36,215 bases of DNA from a virus (lineage: Duplodnaviria; Heunggongvirae; Uroviricota; Caudoviricetes), in IMG/VR virus record IMGVR_UViG_2579779009_000001, positions 1 to 36,215 of that record, one strand, 5' to 3'. The notes under the pieces were generated by a model, which was not told the origin of the DNA, did not search any database, and saw nothing but the letters and a program-made list of their open reading frames with translations. The position numbers and the translations under genes were made by a program. This document shows, in pieces, positions 35,913 to 36,215 of this stretch; the stretch's first letter is position 1; each line of letters begins with the position of its first letter.

Positions 35913-36215
35913 ATGCATCGTATAGACACGAAAACCGCGCAGAAGGATAAGTTCGGCGCGGGTAAGAACGGTTTTACCCGTGGTAATCCCCAGACTGGTA
36001 CGCCTGCCACCGATCTGGATGATGACTACTTTGACATGTTGCAGGAGGAGCTTTGCAGCGTTGTGGAGGCATCCGGTGCCAGCCTGGAGAAGGGGCGGCA
36101 TGACCAGTTGCTTACCGCACTTCGCGCACTGCTGTTAAGCCGCAATAATCCGTTTGGTGATATCAAATCGGACGGCACGGTACCAACGGCTCTCGAAAAC
36201 CTTGGTTTGGGAGAA
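35913..36215 (+). CDS. Tail fibre protein, N-terminal part (truncated by window end)
   Basis: ORF from ATG 35913 ([43 protein letters not shown]...) runs open to the window end; position after baseplate genes. Confidence 0.65.
   Translation, partial: MHRIDTKTAQKDKFGAGKNGFTRGNPQTGTPATDLDDDYFDMLQEELCSVVEASGASLEKGRHDQLLTALRALLLSRNNPFGDIKSDGTVPTALENLGLGE

Larger units (their letters stand above)
1445..36215. mobile_element. Lambdoid prophage integrated at thrW (attL side; right end lies beyond the window)
   Basis: Integrase directly abuts the tRNA 3' end, followed by a complete lambdoid gene order: early-left, immunity, replication, nin-like, lysis, packaging, head, tail. Confidence 0.9.

Overview
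The window starts with an enterobacterial chromosomal locus (complete proA, then tRNA-Thr thrW) and the remaining ~34.8 kb is the left-to-middle part of a mosaic lambdoid prophage integrated at thrW, continuing past the window end. Gene order: P22-type int/xis; a leftward early operon resembling E. coli CPS-53 yfdP-T; an OL-like operator; a lone ParA-like ATPase in the position lambda gives to rexAB; cI, cro, cII-like, O-like replication gene with internal iterons; a nin-like region (Dam methylase, LexA-DBD-only protein, RusA, KilA-N, DUF968, Q-like); lysis cassette (holin, lambda-R-type endolysin, Rz/Rz1); HNH, terminase, HK97-type portal/protease/capsid; and a Mu-like contractile tail and baseplate. 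All identifications are from reading the translations against remembered protein families; no database search was run. The candidates for something undescribed are AT-rich, own-promoter inserts (morons) that interrupt conserved phage modules: (1) a translationally coupled two-gene opposite-strand operon between Q and the late promoter (87-aa soluble protein plus 246-aa protein with three C-terminal TM helices); (2) the ParA-like ATPase between OL and cI; (3) an opposite-strand membrane-anchored protein between the tape-measure and baseplate genes. Secondary items are a standalone ClpX zinc-finger-like mini-protein, a LexA DNA-binding-domain-only protein, and a ~300-nt ORF-poor structured region in the early-left operon.
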